From Octopus sinensis (Eukaryota): DNA of 64,000 nucleotides. Below, in pieces: positions 13,193 to 27,177 of the stretch. Under the pieces are notes generated by a model. The model did not search any database. It was not told the DNA's origin and saw only the letters and a list, made by a program, of their open reading frames with translations. Position 1 is the first letter of the stretch. The number at the start of each line of letters is the position of its first letter. The position numbers and the translations under genes were made by a program. The stretch spans positions 6,138,001 to 6,202,000 of the forward strand of contig NC_043005.1 in assembly GCF_006345805.1 (NCBI RefSeq), given 5' to 3'.

Positions 13193-16100
13193 CTTGTGTG
13201 TAGAAATATAACATCTGGAAATGCAGCTGGAATACACACAGCTCTAAATGGTATCTAAGTAAGAGAAACCATATGGTAAAGAGTCTGAGACAATTAATGT
13301 GAAATACTAGTGAGAACTAATCTCAGGGAGTGAGAGCCATGGGACACCACAGAAAGCTCCAAATGATTCAAGATATACAAGTGATATAGTTTCAGTTTTG
13401 GTCTGTACCAATTTCTGTTGACTTGTAAAGTTAATGCCTCTGTCATGGGAATATATATATAGTCAGTACAAGGTGTGGATGTGGCTGCGTGTATGTTATT
13501 ACAAGAGTTCATAAAGAGATGAGAATAAATTCAAGACTTATGTATTTACTACATAGAAATATATTTTATTTACTGGTCGATGATGATACATAGAACCAAA
13601 ATGTAGAACCTAGTTGAATGAAGTAATCTATGCAAGAAACTGCAGAGATAGGAAATGTAGAAATAACAGCCAAGTGGTGGTTTTCAGTCATGTAACACAA
13701 AGAAATAGATGGACATAGCAATGACGTGAATGGCTCTGAGTCTAATCGACTAAGAAGCGAAGAGCAGGGTTAGCAAGCTGCTTTTATTAATGGGGAATGC
13801 TAGGCATTCTAGAAACTTCCAAGAGAAACACTAAGCTTCTTGAATAATTAAGGATCATGACTCATGACACAGATGCTTTATAGGGAAGTTACTCTATGAT
13901 CTTTCTTGCAAGGGAGATCATTCAACTATTTAGCTATGTAGACCACTACACCTCTTATAAAAAGGAAAAAAGAAAGCAAAAAACAAAAGACTATTTATGT
14001 CCTCCGACACAGTTATTTTTAGCCCATCTTATAAATCTTGACTTTGCCATGATTATTATCATTATCATTATTTCAGGTGGCATGTTGCAGAATTGTTAGC
14101 ACGCAGGACCAAATGCTTACTGGTACTTCGCCCGCCGCTACATTCTGAGTTCAAATTCCACTGAAGTCAACTTTGCCTTTCATCCTTTTGGGGTTGATAA
14201 AATAAGTACCAGTTGAGTACTGGGGGTCGATGTAACCAACTAGTCCCCTCCCACAAAATTTCAGGCCTTGTGCCTATAATAGAAAGGATTATTATTATTA
14301 TTATCATCATCATCATTATATTATTATTATTATAATTATCATTATTATATTATTATTATTATAATTATAATTATCATTATTATTCAGGTGGTGAGCTGGC
14401 AGAATCGTTGCCATGCCAGGCAAAAGGCTTAGCAGCATTTTATCGGTCTTTACATTCCAAGCTCAAATTCCACCAAAGTTGACTTTGCTTTTTACCTTTT
14501 TGAGACCAATGAATTAAGTACCAGTGATTCAACTGGTCCCCTCCATCAAAATTTCAGGCTTTGTGCCTTCAGTAGAAAGGACTATTATTATTATTATTAT
14601 TATTATCATTGCCTATTATTATTATTATTATTATTATTATCATTGCCTATTATTATTTGTATATCGTCTTGTATTGTCCTTTAATGTTTTGATTTATGTT
14701 AGCCCTTGTGGCCAATAAAAGAATTAATTATTGATATTATTATTAATAGGGCAAGCTGGCAGAATCGTTAGTATGCTGGGCAAAATGCTTAGCAGCAGTT
14801 TGTCCATTCTGAGTTCAAATTCTGTTGAGGTTGACTTTGCTTTTCATCCTTTTGGGGTCAATAAAATAAGTACCAGTTGAGTACTGGGGTTAATATAATC
14901 GACCTAACTCCCTCCCCAGAACTGCTGGAATTGATGTACTTGACTGACTCCTCCTGCCAAAACGTTGGGCCTTGTGCCTATAGTAGAAAGGATTATTATT
15001 ATTGTATTCACCAAGTTCAAAAGGATGGTTGTGTCTTTCATCCTTTTTTGGGGTCAATAAAATAAGGTATCAGTTGAACGCTAGGGTTGATGTAATCAAC
15101 TTGCCTCCCTCCCTCAAAATTTATGACTTTCTGCTAAAATTTGAAACCATTCTTACTTCCCACATTGTAAGGTGGTGAACTGGTAGAATCCTTAATGTAA
15201 CAGGCAAAATGCATTGTGGCCCCTTAACTAACGAAGTACAGGTGTTGATGTAAATGACTAATCACACACTTCCTAAAAATTGCAGGCTTTGTGCCAACAT
15301 TTGAAAGAATAGCTAATTCCCTCATTGTTCTATCCTGCATTGTCCCCTAATGTTTTTGTGAACCCTAAGTAGAAGGAAAAGAGAAAACATTACTGCTACA
15401 AGTACTGTTGTTATCATCCTCATCACTATGGCTACTACTGTCGGTGTCGTCATCATCATCATCATCATCACTACAATTACTATTATTGCTGTGGTTGTTA
15501 TTGTGAGGGGAGGGGATCCAGGGATTAATTTCATTGAGAAATTCTGAACCTTTTGGGTTTATGGTGTTTCAAAAAATCTTCCTTAAGTAGATGAGGAAAT
15601 AAAACCTAAAAGGTCGCATTAATTTGTTAGGGTATTGTAAAGGAGCGGGAGGGGCGGCTGAGATGATGGGGGTGGTGGGGGTGCTTTCAATTGGTTTTAT
15701 ATTTGTTACATCCATCTGTCTGGTTGTTTTATTTTGTGTTGTAGTCTGTGTAGTAGGGAGAATCAAGGAAAGAGTAGAGAGAGAGAGAAAGAGAGAGAAA
15801 GAGAGAGAGGGGGAGAGATAAAAAGAGAGACACATGCAGAGGCAATGAATTCCCAAGGGAAACGGTTAAATATAAGCAGAACATAGGAAGGCAATGTGGA
15901 GGGGAAGGGTTGAGAAGCGAAACAGTTATCTACTGCAGTAGTAGTGAAATAGATTGATGGAAACAATTCCGTTTATTCCAGAAGGGTTTAGGATGAAGCT
16001 TGAGAGAATTGTAAATAAAACAGGCTATTATGATAATCACCCTCCACCTCTGCACACACACACACACACACACATGGAGATGGATGTGAAGATAGACAGA

Positions 16101-18449
16101 GTTACATGGACATGAAGCAAAATCCCTTTATTGAAGAAAGAAGGATGAATGTTGTCAGCTGTGGATGTGTTTACAATAAATTCAGTAAAATTTGCGAGAA
16201 TTGAGGACAATCTTTGTTGGTAAGATTAGAGTTGAAGCAAGCGGAAAAATAGAATTAATTTTTCATGAGGTGGTAAAATAAGTTTTGTACAAAGGTTTCC
16301 ATCAATCAGACATTAAATTGTTCTGTTGTTGTTTAACCCTAGGTCAACCTTGATTGAGTAGAACTAGGATCAAATGCATTCAGATCATGAATATATTTTT
16401 TGCTTGTGGCAGTCTGATACAGATTTTATGTTGTTCACTGTGTTGCTTCCTTTCTCAAGATGGTTGGTTGTTGTTTGGGTGAGATGTGAAGACGCAGGGT
16501 TTAACTGAGGCAGATTTGGTTGTTAAGCTTACAGGACATGATTGGATGAGATGTCACTGATATTAAGATGGTTGGTGATTTTGAGAGAGACTTGTTTGTT
16601 ATGACAGCAGGGTGTGATTCAGAAAGATTTGGTTGTATGATGATAGCAAGGTGTAAGTAATTGAGTGAGTTTTGTCCCTATTTCTGTTATGTCGAATGAC
16701 TGCATAAAGGCTTCTTCGTTTGCTCCCTTTGGTTCTGGTCTATACTTAATGGCTAATTAGTTGGAACACAACAAACCAAAATATTAAGGGTTCAAAAGAA
16801 TACCCTCCATCAGGCATTTGCCATATCCTGAACACCTTACTTCCCTGGGCATGGATACATTGAAACTCCGACGTCTGGCAGCTGACTTGGCAGACACCCA
16901 TAAAATTATTAACCATCTTACAAACAATGACTCTGAGCACCTTTTCAAACTCCACCCGTCTAACACCCGTGGACATATTTACAAAGTCAGAAAACAGCAC
17001 AGCTCCCATGACTTTAGGAAACATTTTTTCACGCTGAGAGTTGCTGAAGCATGGAACAAACTGCCGGCATCAGTTGTTAGTTGTCAGAGCACTGCATCCT
17101 TCAAAACTTCCATGCTTTCTGAGATTCGCCAACACTACACCTGATTTTCTCCCCTCCATACACACACAAGCATGTATCTGACTCATACATTGTTCGCTTT
17201 CCAAACATTTGTGCATTACTGCATGTACTTTATATGCACTTTCTGACAAGTTGTGGTGCACCTGAGCACTGTATACAATAATTTCATTATTATTATATTC
17301 TTTCACAACAACTGTATTTTGTCTGTAGTCAACATTGCCTTGTATGTCTCATGCTCAATACAGGCAACAAATATGGAAAATCTGTGGAATTTCAGGAGGA
17401 ATGAGTTGAATGGAGGGCTGGTGGGATTAGTCTTAGACGCAAGAAAGTCAAAATAGAAATGGTTTGGACATTAATGGCATCAGATGATAAATGGAGGAAA
17501 GATGATGAGACAGCTAGCATTGGTATGAACATATGATGCGAATGGATGATGCTGGCTGGGTGGTAGAAAAGAAGAGGGTTTTGTGTTGACTGGAGAAGGT
17601 AGAAGGTAGAAAAAAGGTTGAGGAAGACATAGTAAAAAGTGATGAGGTCAGATATGAGGAATTGGGACCCCCACAGATGAGATGGGAATTGGGGAAGTGA
17701 TGACATGAGAAACTGCAGATGGCTCTTATCCATATACATATGAAGAATAATTTGAAAAGGACTTTAAAATAATGATGGTGGTGGTGGTGGGGATGGTGGT
17801 GGCTGTAATGGCAGTGATGATGGGGATGAAGATGATGATATTAATGGTGGTGGTGGTGGAGGTTGCACAGGTAGTTGGTGGTGGTGGTGGTGGATACATT
17901 GATGACTACAATAATCCTGATGATGATGATGATATCTCAAAGTATTTAGTTACTCTAGTTTGTGAGAGAACTTTGGATAAAAGCAACAACAAAAACAAAT
18001 GGATGAAAAATAAATAAATAAAATCTTGTATTTTGCACTTGAATCCTGACATCATTCTTTTCACTTATTTGACCTTTTCAACAACAAATCTACGAAATTT
18101 AATAAAAAGAACCAACAACAAACGACAAGACAAATAGGGGACACATCAGAAGTGAACAGTGTCACTGTTAACATAATATTTGATGGTGGTACAGAAGACA
18201 CAGACACATGGACAGTATAAAAAAAACTGCCTGCCCTAGTCTGCTCAATTTTGGCCGGGAATATACAAGAAAAAAAAACTGTTTTCTCTATTTATGTGTT
18301 CAATATTTACTGAAATGTGAAGCTACAGTATAGCAAACATAAAACAAAAATGGTTGTGTTAATTCATAAAAAAAAGTAATAACAAAAATATTTTGGATAG
18401 GTCATTTTGCCAATAAAAGTACATGCACTGGTTATATTTATTATCATCA

Positions 18450-18501
<52 letters not shown>

Positions 18502-19243
18502 CCAACTAATTTGTTCTAATTTTGGCACAAGGCCAGCAATTCTAAGAGGAGGAGAAGTCAATTACATCAACCCTAGGGTTTAACCGGTACTTTATTTTAT
18601 CAACCCCAAAAGGATTAAAGGTAAAGTTGACTACTGCAGCATTTGAACTCAAACATAAAGAGTTTGAAAAATGCCTCTGAGCATTTTGTCTAGTGCAGTA
18701 ATGATTCTTCTAGCTTGCTGCAATTAGTCAGCTAATTAAGTAATTTACTAATTGATTGCATAGCTGATTGTTTGATCTGCCAATCACTCTGCTGGTTTAT
18801 TTGAATATTTCCATTATTGTTCATGACATCATCCATGATGTTCCCGCATTCCTCCAGTTCCATCGTTTGCTGCACAGAAACTTAATAAGAAAAGCAATCA
18901 CAAAAATACCAAATCAAGAAATTTTAATTAATTAATTAATTTTGGTAGGAGATTGGTAATTTTGAGGGGAGGGGACTAATAGATGACATTTGACCTCAGA
19001 ATGTGTTTCTTTATTTCATTGCCCCCCCCCCCTTCCCCGAACAGACAAAGCCAAAGTTGACCATGGCTTGATTTGAGCTCAGAATGTAATAAACCAGAAG
19101 AAATGCCACTTAGCAATTTGTTTGACGCACTTATGATTTTGCCAGCTTGCCTCCTTTGTTTCAAATTTTCGCACAAGGCAAGCAAATTTTAGGTGGAAGT
19201 GAGGTCAATAAAGATTTCTTTTATGATAATAATAATGATAATT

Positions 19244-19277
<34 letters not shown>

Positions 19278-21539
19278 AGGGTCAAGGCCTAAAGAGAAAT
19301 AAATCTTTGAAGTGTTTTAATTTTATCAAAGAATTACGTGAAAGATGAAGAATAAATGAAAAAGACAAAACAGAACAAAACAGAAACAAATAAAAAATGA
19401 GAATAAGATAAATAAATAGAAAATAAGTAAATAAAAGCTGCAAAAGTTTGACTGACCTGAAAAAGGCTGTTTTATCCGCTGCATAGGAGCCAACTAAAAG
19501 ATCTGCCAAAAACAAGGAGAGTAAAGAGAGAGTTATTAAGAATGGTTGTTTATGTTAAACAAACTGTAAATACAGAAAACATAGGAACGAGAAGCGTGTG
19601 TGAGTGGGGTGGGTTTCATTTGGGTCATAAATATTAGTGAATAAACCCATCTGTTAGAGACACTGAGCCAGATTTAATAGTTAAAGACATTAGTTTTTAT
19701 GTAGACATCATCAAGTAATCTTGTTAACCTTGGTATAGTTAACGAATTTATGCTGACGATGCTTCTCTGCTTCAGGATTTCAGAGATTTGACCTTCATTG
19801 GCTTTGTACCAAAATGAAGGTCCATTAGAAATACCAGCCACATCGATGGAGGGGCAGTACAAGTGTGGTCAGATGCGGAGGGTAGTGACGACTGTGCTAA
19901 ATGTTCCTCCCTTCAAGAGATAAGGAATGGAAGAAAGTGGATAGACTCTAAGACAACAAAGAAGTTTGTGGTGTCCCCTAGAATATTTGGTCACACACAG
20001 ACCAGCAGGGAAAGACTTGAAAGCAAGGAGTTTAAAGCATGTTATGCCATGAATGAGAAGGAGAAAAGGATTGCAGTAACCAACAAAGGTAGAGAAAGAG
20101 GAGGTGAAAAGCCACTTTATGGAATTGGTACACTGGTATGAACAGGGAACAGGAGATTGTGGTTAGACAAAAGGTAGGATGTGGAGGTGCATGTCTTAGT
20201 GGTTAGAGAGTTGAACTCCTGATCATAAGATTGTGGTTTCGATTCCTGGACTGGGTGATGCATTATATTCTTAAAACACTTCATTCCATATTTCTCCAGT
20301 CCACTTAGCTGGTAAAAATGAGTCACCCTGTGATGGATGGGTGCCCTGTCCAGGGGAGAATATATATATATGTCAGAGAAACTGGAAATCTATCTCTGCA
20401 TTCTTTGTCAGGTGAAGTGGACTAACAAAAGGTAAGATGGAAAGAACTTTGGTCATGGAAACTAGCCAGAATCAGTCTTTTGATTTGTTCCATCTTTGAT
20501 GTGCTTCCTGGTTCTGCAAACTCAAAGCATTGGAAAATAAAGGAAAGTAGTATGTACAATTGTGGGAAAGCTAGAACAATGAGAGACACCCTCTGCAATT
20601 GGCCACTGGGTTTGGAACATAGATGCACATGGTGGCATAACCGAGTACTTAAGAGTACTGGCTGATGCAGTGAATTAACAAAGATGAAAGACCACAGGTA
20701 GTGAACAGGGAGTGTGTCACCTGGAAGGGGATTGTGGTTAGACAATAGGTAGGATGTGGAGGTTAGAGTGGTTAGAGTGTGGGACTCATGAGCATAAGAT
20801 TGTGGTTTCAATTCCTGGTAGTGCAACATGGAAAGATGAAGTTTCACAGTGAAGGTGAACACTACAAGCCAGTCATTGAAATGAAGAAGGAGGATCCAAA
20901 AGGGGAGAGGGCTTAGGGTGGGGGTGAGGTCTCAGTTGACCTTGATGGCAAATATCAACTTCCCTCTTTATATGACCAAAAGACCCATCCTTCTCATAGG
21001 GTGCAAAGAAGGGAAGGGGCCAAGATGGTTGAGCTGACAGCTTTCTGGGAAGTGAACACTGAGGAAAGACAGAAAATATGCAAAGAGTTGGTTGAACTCT
21101 GTGGAAACAATGGATGGGGAGCAATATGTCTTTTTGCTGAGGATTTGTCAGAAGCCAGGTTCATTCGATGCTCAGGAGTCTCAGACAATGGGAAAGGGAG
21201 TAAAAATGTTGCTAGAAAATTGTTGGAAGCCTCAGAGAAAATAAGCCATGACATCTGGTTGAAAAGAGAGAGGTGAGTGGTGCAGCAAGAACGAGCATCG
21301 AAAATGGTAAAAACATGTGGCCCAGAATCCAAAGTCACAGCATCTGACTCAACGAAGCTGGTGTGTGAGAATTTTGTTGCCTGCTGTGATGGGTGGCCCT
21401 GAGGAGGTCTGGTGTGACAGTGGACGATGCTAAATCATACTGAGATGCTTCATCACCGGATGAGACATCAACTCCCACATTTGGGGACAAAGTGCTGCAG
21501 TATACTCAACACAGAAATTTATTATAAATGTACTTAGCT

Positions 21540-21574
<35 letters not shown>

Positions 21575-22777
21575 CTAGTGTATGTAGGTAGAGACAAGAA
21601 GTTGAAGAGAATAATCAATACCAAAGAGTGAGAGAATTGTCTATTTGTACTTTGCAGCAAGGTCGTTGCCAGTGCCACTGGACTGGCTCCTGTGCAGGTG
21701 GCACATAAAAACACCATTTAAGCATGACCGTTGCCAGTACCGCCTGACTGGCCCTCATACCGGTGGCATGTAAAAGCACCCACTACACTCTCAGAATGGT
21801 TGGCATTAGGAAGGGCATCCAGCAGTAGAAACTCTGCCAAATCAAGATTGGAGCCTGGTGCAGCCATCTGGTTCACCAGACCTCAGTCAAACCGTCCAAC
21901 CCATGCCAGCATGGAAAGCAGACATTAAATGATGATGATGATGATGATGATGATTATATTTAGGAATTTATGTAATTTCAGTTAGATTATTTACTTATTT
22001 ATGATTAAGTTCACTCTTAAAAAGCGTTTTTGAAAAGCCTTAGCAGTTATATATTTTCAATTGATATATTTTGTGAAATACTGAAGCAGATATGTTGCTC
22101 TGATGAAGCATCATTACATATTTAAATGGTTTTGATTATTCTTGAAAAACTCTGTTTTATTAATAAAATGGAAACAGCTGTAATTTATGAGTTGTATCAT
22201 TTGTTTGTATAAAATATTTAAATTGAATTGAATATATAATTGTTAAATTTATTGTTTTGTTTTCCATTTCTTATATCTATATATTAATAAACTGTAGGTC
22301 TTTTTATTTACCTATTGGAATAACATTCTTATTGATGTAGGTAAATTCTTCGGATATTTAATACACCTTAGGTTAATTTTACACCTAGTTAAATTGTTAT
22401 ATATGCCAGCACCGGTTGCCATTGTATTGTACCAAAGGTACCGTCCACTCCATCTAAATTCAGGACCAGGTATTGCAATAGTCTAAGGTTCAAAAGCCCA
22501 CAGCTTTTCAATGCCCTGCCACAAAAATTAAGTAATTTGCATAATGTGGAAGTAGATGTCTTCAAAGAAGAATTAGACATCCTCCTCTCCACAATAATGG
22601 ATGAACCAACAGAAGAGGGCAGTAGAATCAAACTCAATTATACATCACATGTACCAACAGCTGGGAACAAAGCACATACAGGAGTGGTGATGTGAAACAC
22701 CCAGACTGAGGAAGTCAGAAAGACCATGGTGGTGCTCCAGCATGACCACAGCCGCATGGCTGAAACAAGTGAAAGAG

Positions 22778-22816
<39 letters not shown>

Positions 22817-24914
22817 AGTTGTTAAGTCTCTGTCCAGTCATAGAGTGACCAATGGTTTTGCATCCACAAAGGGCTTAGACCCCTGAACGTTGTATCAGAC
22901 TCAAAAGCTGAAAACCTTCAATGTTCACTTCCCAAGAAACTGTCAGCTTCACCATCTTTACAACCTTCCCAAAGTTCTTCAGTTTTAGAGTCTGACGAGA
23001 CATTCACGGGGCTAAGCCGTTTATGGATGTGAAACCACTGGTCACCCTATGACCAGACATAGTCTTAACTACATATAAATATGTTACTGCTCTATACTTA
23101 AGGGTGAGCTTCTTTTTGGGATATTGTTAAGTCCCATTATGACGATGTATTTTGTCGTCTCTGCAGGACTGGTGCAAACTGCGTACCTTCACCAATTGAC
23201 ATTACTGACTGAGTCAGTCCACTATTTATTAGTAGTGGACCAGCCCACTTCTCACCTGGGGATGTCCGCCAGAACAGATATATGATACACTGACAATCCC
23301 ACCCATGCTAGCATGGAAGGCAGACATTGAACGATGAAGATGACAATGATACATACAGGGTGCGGCGAATGAATTGTCGTCTAATTTACGCAAAAATGAG
23401 AATAACACTGACATCTCATTTAAACAGATATTATTTACCAAAAGTATATAAAAATATCTTGAGATACTAAAGAGTAAATTTATTCAATAAAATCGCCATT
23501 GGTTTCAACCATGGCTTCCAGATGACTTTGGAATCTCCTGTAACACTTGGTCTCAGGAGTACATACCTTGCTGTAGGCTCTGTCTTAGCTCTACCACCAC
23601 CTCAAGGTAAATGAGTGATTTGATTGATTGACTGATTGATTGACATACCTGTATAGCCATTTCCATCTAAATCCATGCCACCTGATAAAGAATATCCAAA
23701 TGTTCTTAGACCGTTTTTCAAGTTGCTGGCATCAATCACCTGAAAATGAATAATAAAACTGTTAATTAAAAGAAAAAAAGAAAACTGGTGAACGCAACAT
23801 ACATGTGGACACACGGACACACACACAGAGGCATAAAGAGGAAAGGAATAAAATTATTGAAGATATTTAAGTATATAGCTTCCCCCTCCCCCCACTATGT
23901 CTTGTATATAAATTCCATCAGGGTTTGACTTCATCTTTTAACTCTCCAGGGTTTGATGGAATAAGTACAAGTAATACACTAAGGCATATTTCAAATGGCT
24001 GACTGAAAAGTCAATCGTGTGTGTGTGTGTATGTATACACACACACACATATATGTATGTATATATGTAGGCATAGGCATGGTTATATGGTAAGAAGCTT
24101 GCTTCCCAATCATATTGTTCTGGGTTCAGTCCCACTGCAGGGCACCTTGGGCAAGTGTCTTTTACTATATATAGCCTTAAGCTGACCAAAACCTTGTGAA
24201 TGGATTTGGTAAATGGAAACTGAAAGAAGCCTGACATATATATATATGTGTGAGTGTGTGTGTTTGTCTATTTTCTGTGTCTTTATGGCTTTGTCCCTAC
24301 CACTGCTTGACAACTGGAGTTGGTGTGTTTATGTCCCCATAACCTAGAGGTTCAGCAAAGAGACTGATAAAATAAGTACCAAGCTTTAAATATAAAGTGA
24401 TGCACAGTTCCAGCACATGCCCCATAATGCTACAACTTCTACTTCCATGCTGGTGTGGGTTGGATGGTTTGAGAGGATACCATGGGTCCAAGGACTGCAT
24501 TGTGCTCCCATATCTATGTATGCGTGCACACATGTACTGTCCCTGTTAATTTAATTAGCAAGAAATGGCTATTATGTAATTATATTAATAATATTTCTTC
24601 CAAATTTTGTTACAAGGCCAGCAATTTTAGTGGAAGAGGGCTTTGCTGATTTCATCAACTAATTTAATGTTGCCCTAATAATAATCTTTTCTTCTATAGG
24701 AACAAGGCCTGGAATTTTGGTGGAGAGGGCTAGTCATTTACATTGGCCCTAATATTCAACCGGCACTTATTTTATCAAACCTGAAAGGATGAAAGGCCAA
24801 GTTGACCGTGGCAGAGTTTGAACTCAGAATGCAGTGAGTTAGAAGAAATAACACTATAAACTACTATTTAATACTATTTTGTCTGGTGAGTAACAATTTT
24901 GCCAACTCACCAAC

Positions 24915-24946
<32 letters not shown>

Positions 24947-25602
24947 CAAAGAAAGAAAGAATAAGTAAGGGAGCTGAAATTACAGTTGGAATCTAATCAA
25001 AATGCCAAGATTTTCTTTGTGATACTAAGAAATTTGTGATTGCCTTTCCAACAGAATGATCTCTGTGAAGTGAGGGAACTTTGGATTTTTCTATTCAAAA
25101 TGCCAAGATTTTGATTTCAGATATCAGAAACAAAATTTATTTTTGATTGAGGAGTGAAACACCATTGATTACTGCACATTTAGCATCCAGAGTAATTTGA
25201 TATTTTAATGAAATTTATAGATAAAGAGGAAAGGAAATGGAAATAAATGGGAAAACTCCGCAAACTTCTGCTTTATAATTGTTTTAGTTTGAATGAGTCA
25301 CTGAAGAGTTACTTCAGTTACCCAAATAGAAAGATTGTGGGGAATGTAAATAGTAACTGTTTATCTATTTTATAGATTTATACAATTCTGTTTGTTTGTT
25401 TTATGCATGATATTTTTATTCCCCGATAGCATGGGTTAGATGATTGCATATTACTGATGCCTTATTTTAGCCAGCTACCATTCTTGCCTCTCACCTTTAC
25501 CTGTTGTTCAAGCAAAGGATTTTTTGTTCTACAGGTGTTTGAAAGTATGGAATATAGACATTCATAAAAGATGTGTGAGCACACAAACACACATATTCGT
25601 GC

Positions 25603-25650
<48 letters not shown>

Positions 25651-26310
25651 GAAATATTAAAATTACTAAGTCTCTCTAAAAGAGAACAACGGCAGCGTTC
25701 CCGGAAAATATTAGTTATCGCCATACTAATATGGCATTCTTATAAAAATAAGAATAAAGCTGACCGCTTATTAGCTCCATGAGGCCATCGCCTTAAGTTA
25801 GCTATTTGATACACAAACTGTATCCATATAACCTTTGAACAAGGGAGGTCAGTCGCTCCACACTACTTGGCCGGCAGCTACAGACGCGTTTCGGGGTATT
25901 GCCCCTTTTCAATGCAGCGTAGCCAAACCAGTAGGTGTCGCTTCTGACAATCTCTGTTCAAAGGTTTTATTTACCTAGCTTCGGTGGAATACATCCACTT
26001 GTTTTCAATAATAGAAATATTAAAATTACTAAGTCTCTCTAAAAGAGAACAATGGCAGCGTTCCCGGAAAATATTAGTTATCGCCATACTATATGGCATT
26101 CTTATAAAAATAAGAATAAAGCTGACCGCTTATTAGCTCCATGAGGCCATCGCCTCATGTAGTGTGGAGCGACTGACCTCCCTTGTTCAAAGGTTATATG
26201 GATACAGTTTGTGTATCAAATAGCTAACTTAAGGCGATGGCCTCATGGAGCTAATAAGCGGTCAGCTTTATTCTTATTTTTATAAGAATGCCATATTAGT
26301 ATGGCGATAA

Positions 26311-26396
<86 letters not shown>

Positions 26397-27128
26397 ATAT
26401 ATATATGTATAATTAGAGATTGTGTTAACCTCATGAAGGGATGGTTTCATCCAAGGGAATACTGGTTCAATACCTAGTAGTTTTTGGGAATTAATTTCCT
26501 TAAAATAATAGGTGCATATATAAAAACATATAGTTTATAGTCATATAAAAGAAGACAAAGAAAACAGAGACTGAGAAGTTAATAATTGTTTGTTATCAGC
26601 AGCGAATTAATCATCTTTACTTACAGCTGTTTCAATTAACATATATATATATCATCATCATTTAACGTCCGCTTTCCATGCTAGCATGGGTTGGACGATT
26701 TGACTGAGGTCTGGCGAACCAGATGGTTGCACCAGGCTCCAAGCTTGATCTGGCAGAGTTTCTACAGCTGGATGCCCTTCCTAACGCCAACCACTCCGAG
26801 AGTGTAGTGGGTGCTTTTTACGTGCCACCTGCATGGGGGCCAGTCAGGCAGTACTGGCAATGACCTTGCTCGAATCTTTTTACACGTGCCACCGACACAG
26901 GTGCCAGTGAAGTGACGTTGGTAACGATCACGCTCGAATGGTGCCCTTTTACGTGCCACGGATACGGAAGCCAGTTGGCCGCTCTGGCAACGATGACGCT
27001 CGGATGGTGTTCTTGACACCCTACTAGCACAGGCATGAGTGCCAGTAAGGCAACGCTGGCAACGATCATACTCAAATAGCCGCTCTGTCAATGATCACAC
27101 TCGTATGGTGCTCTTTGCACCCCGCTAG

Positions 27129-27177
<49 letters not shown>

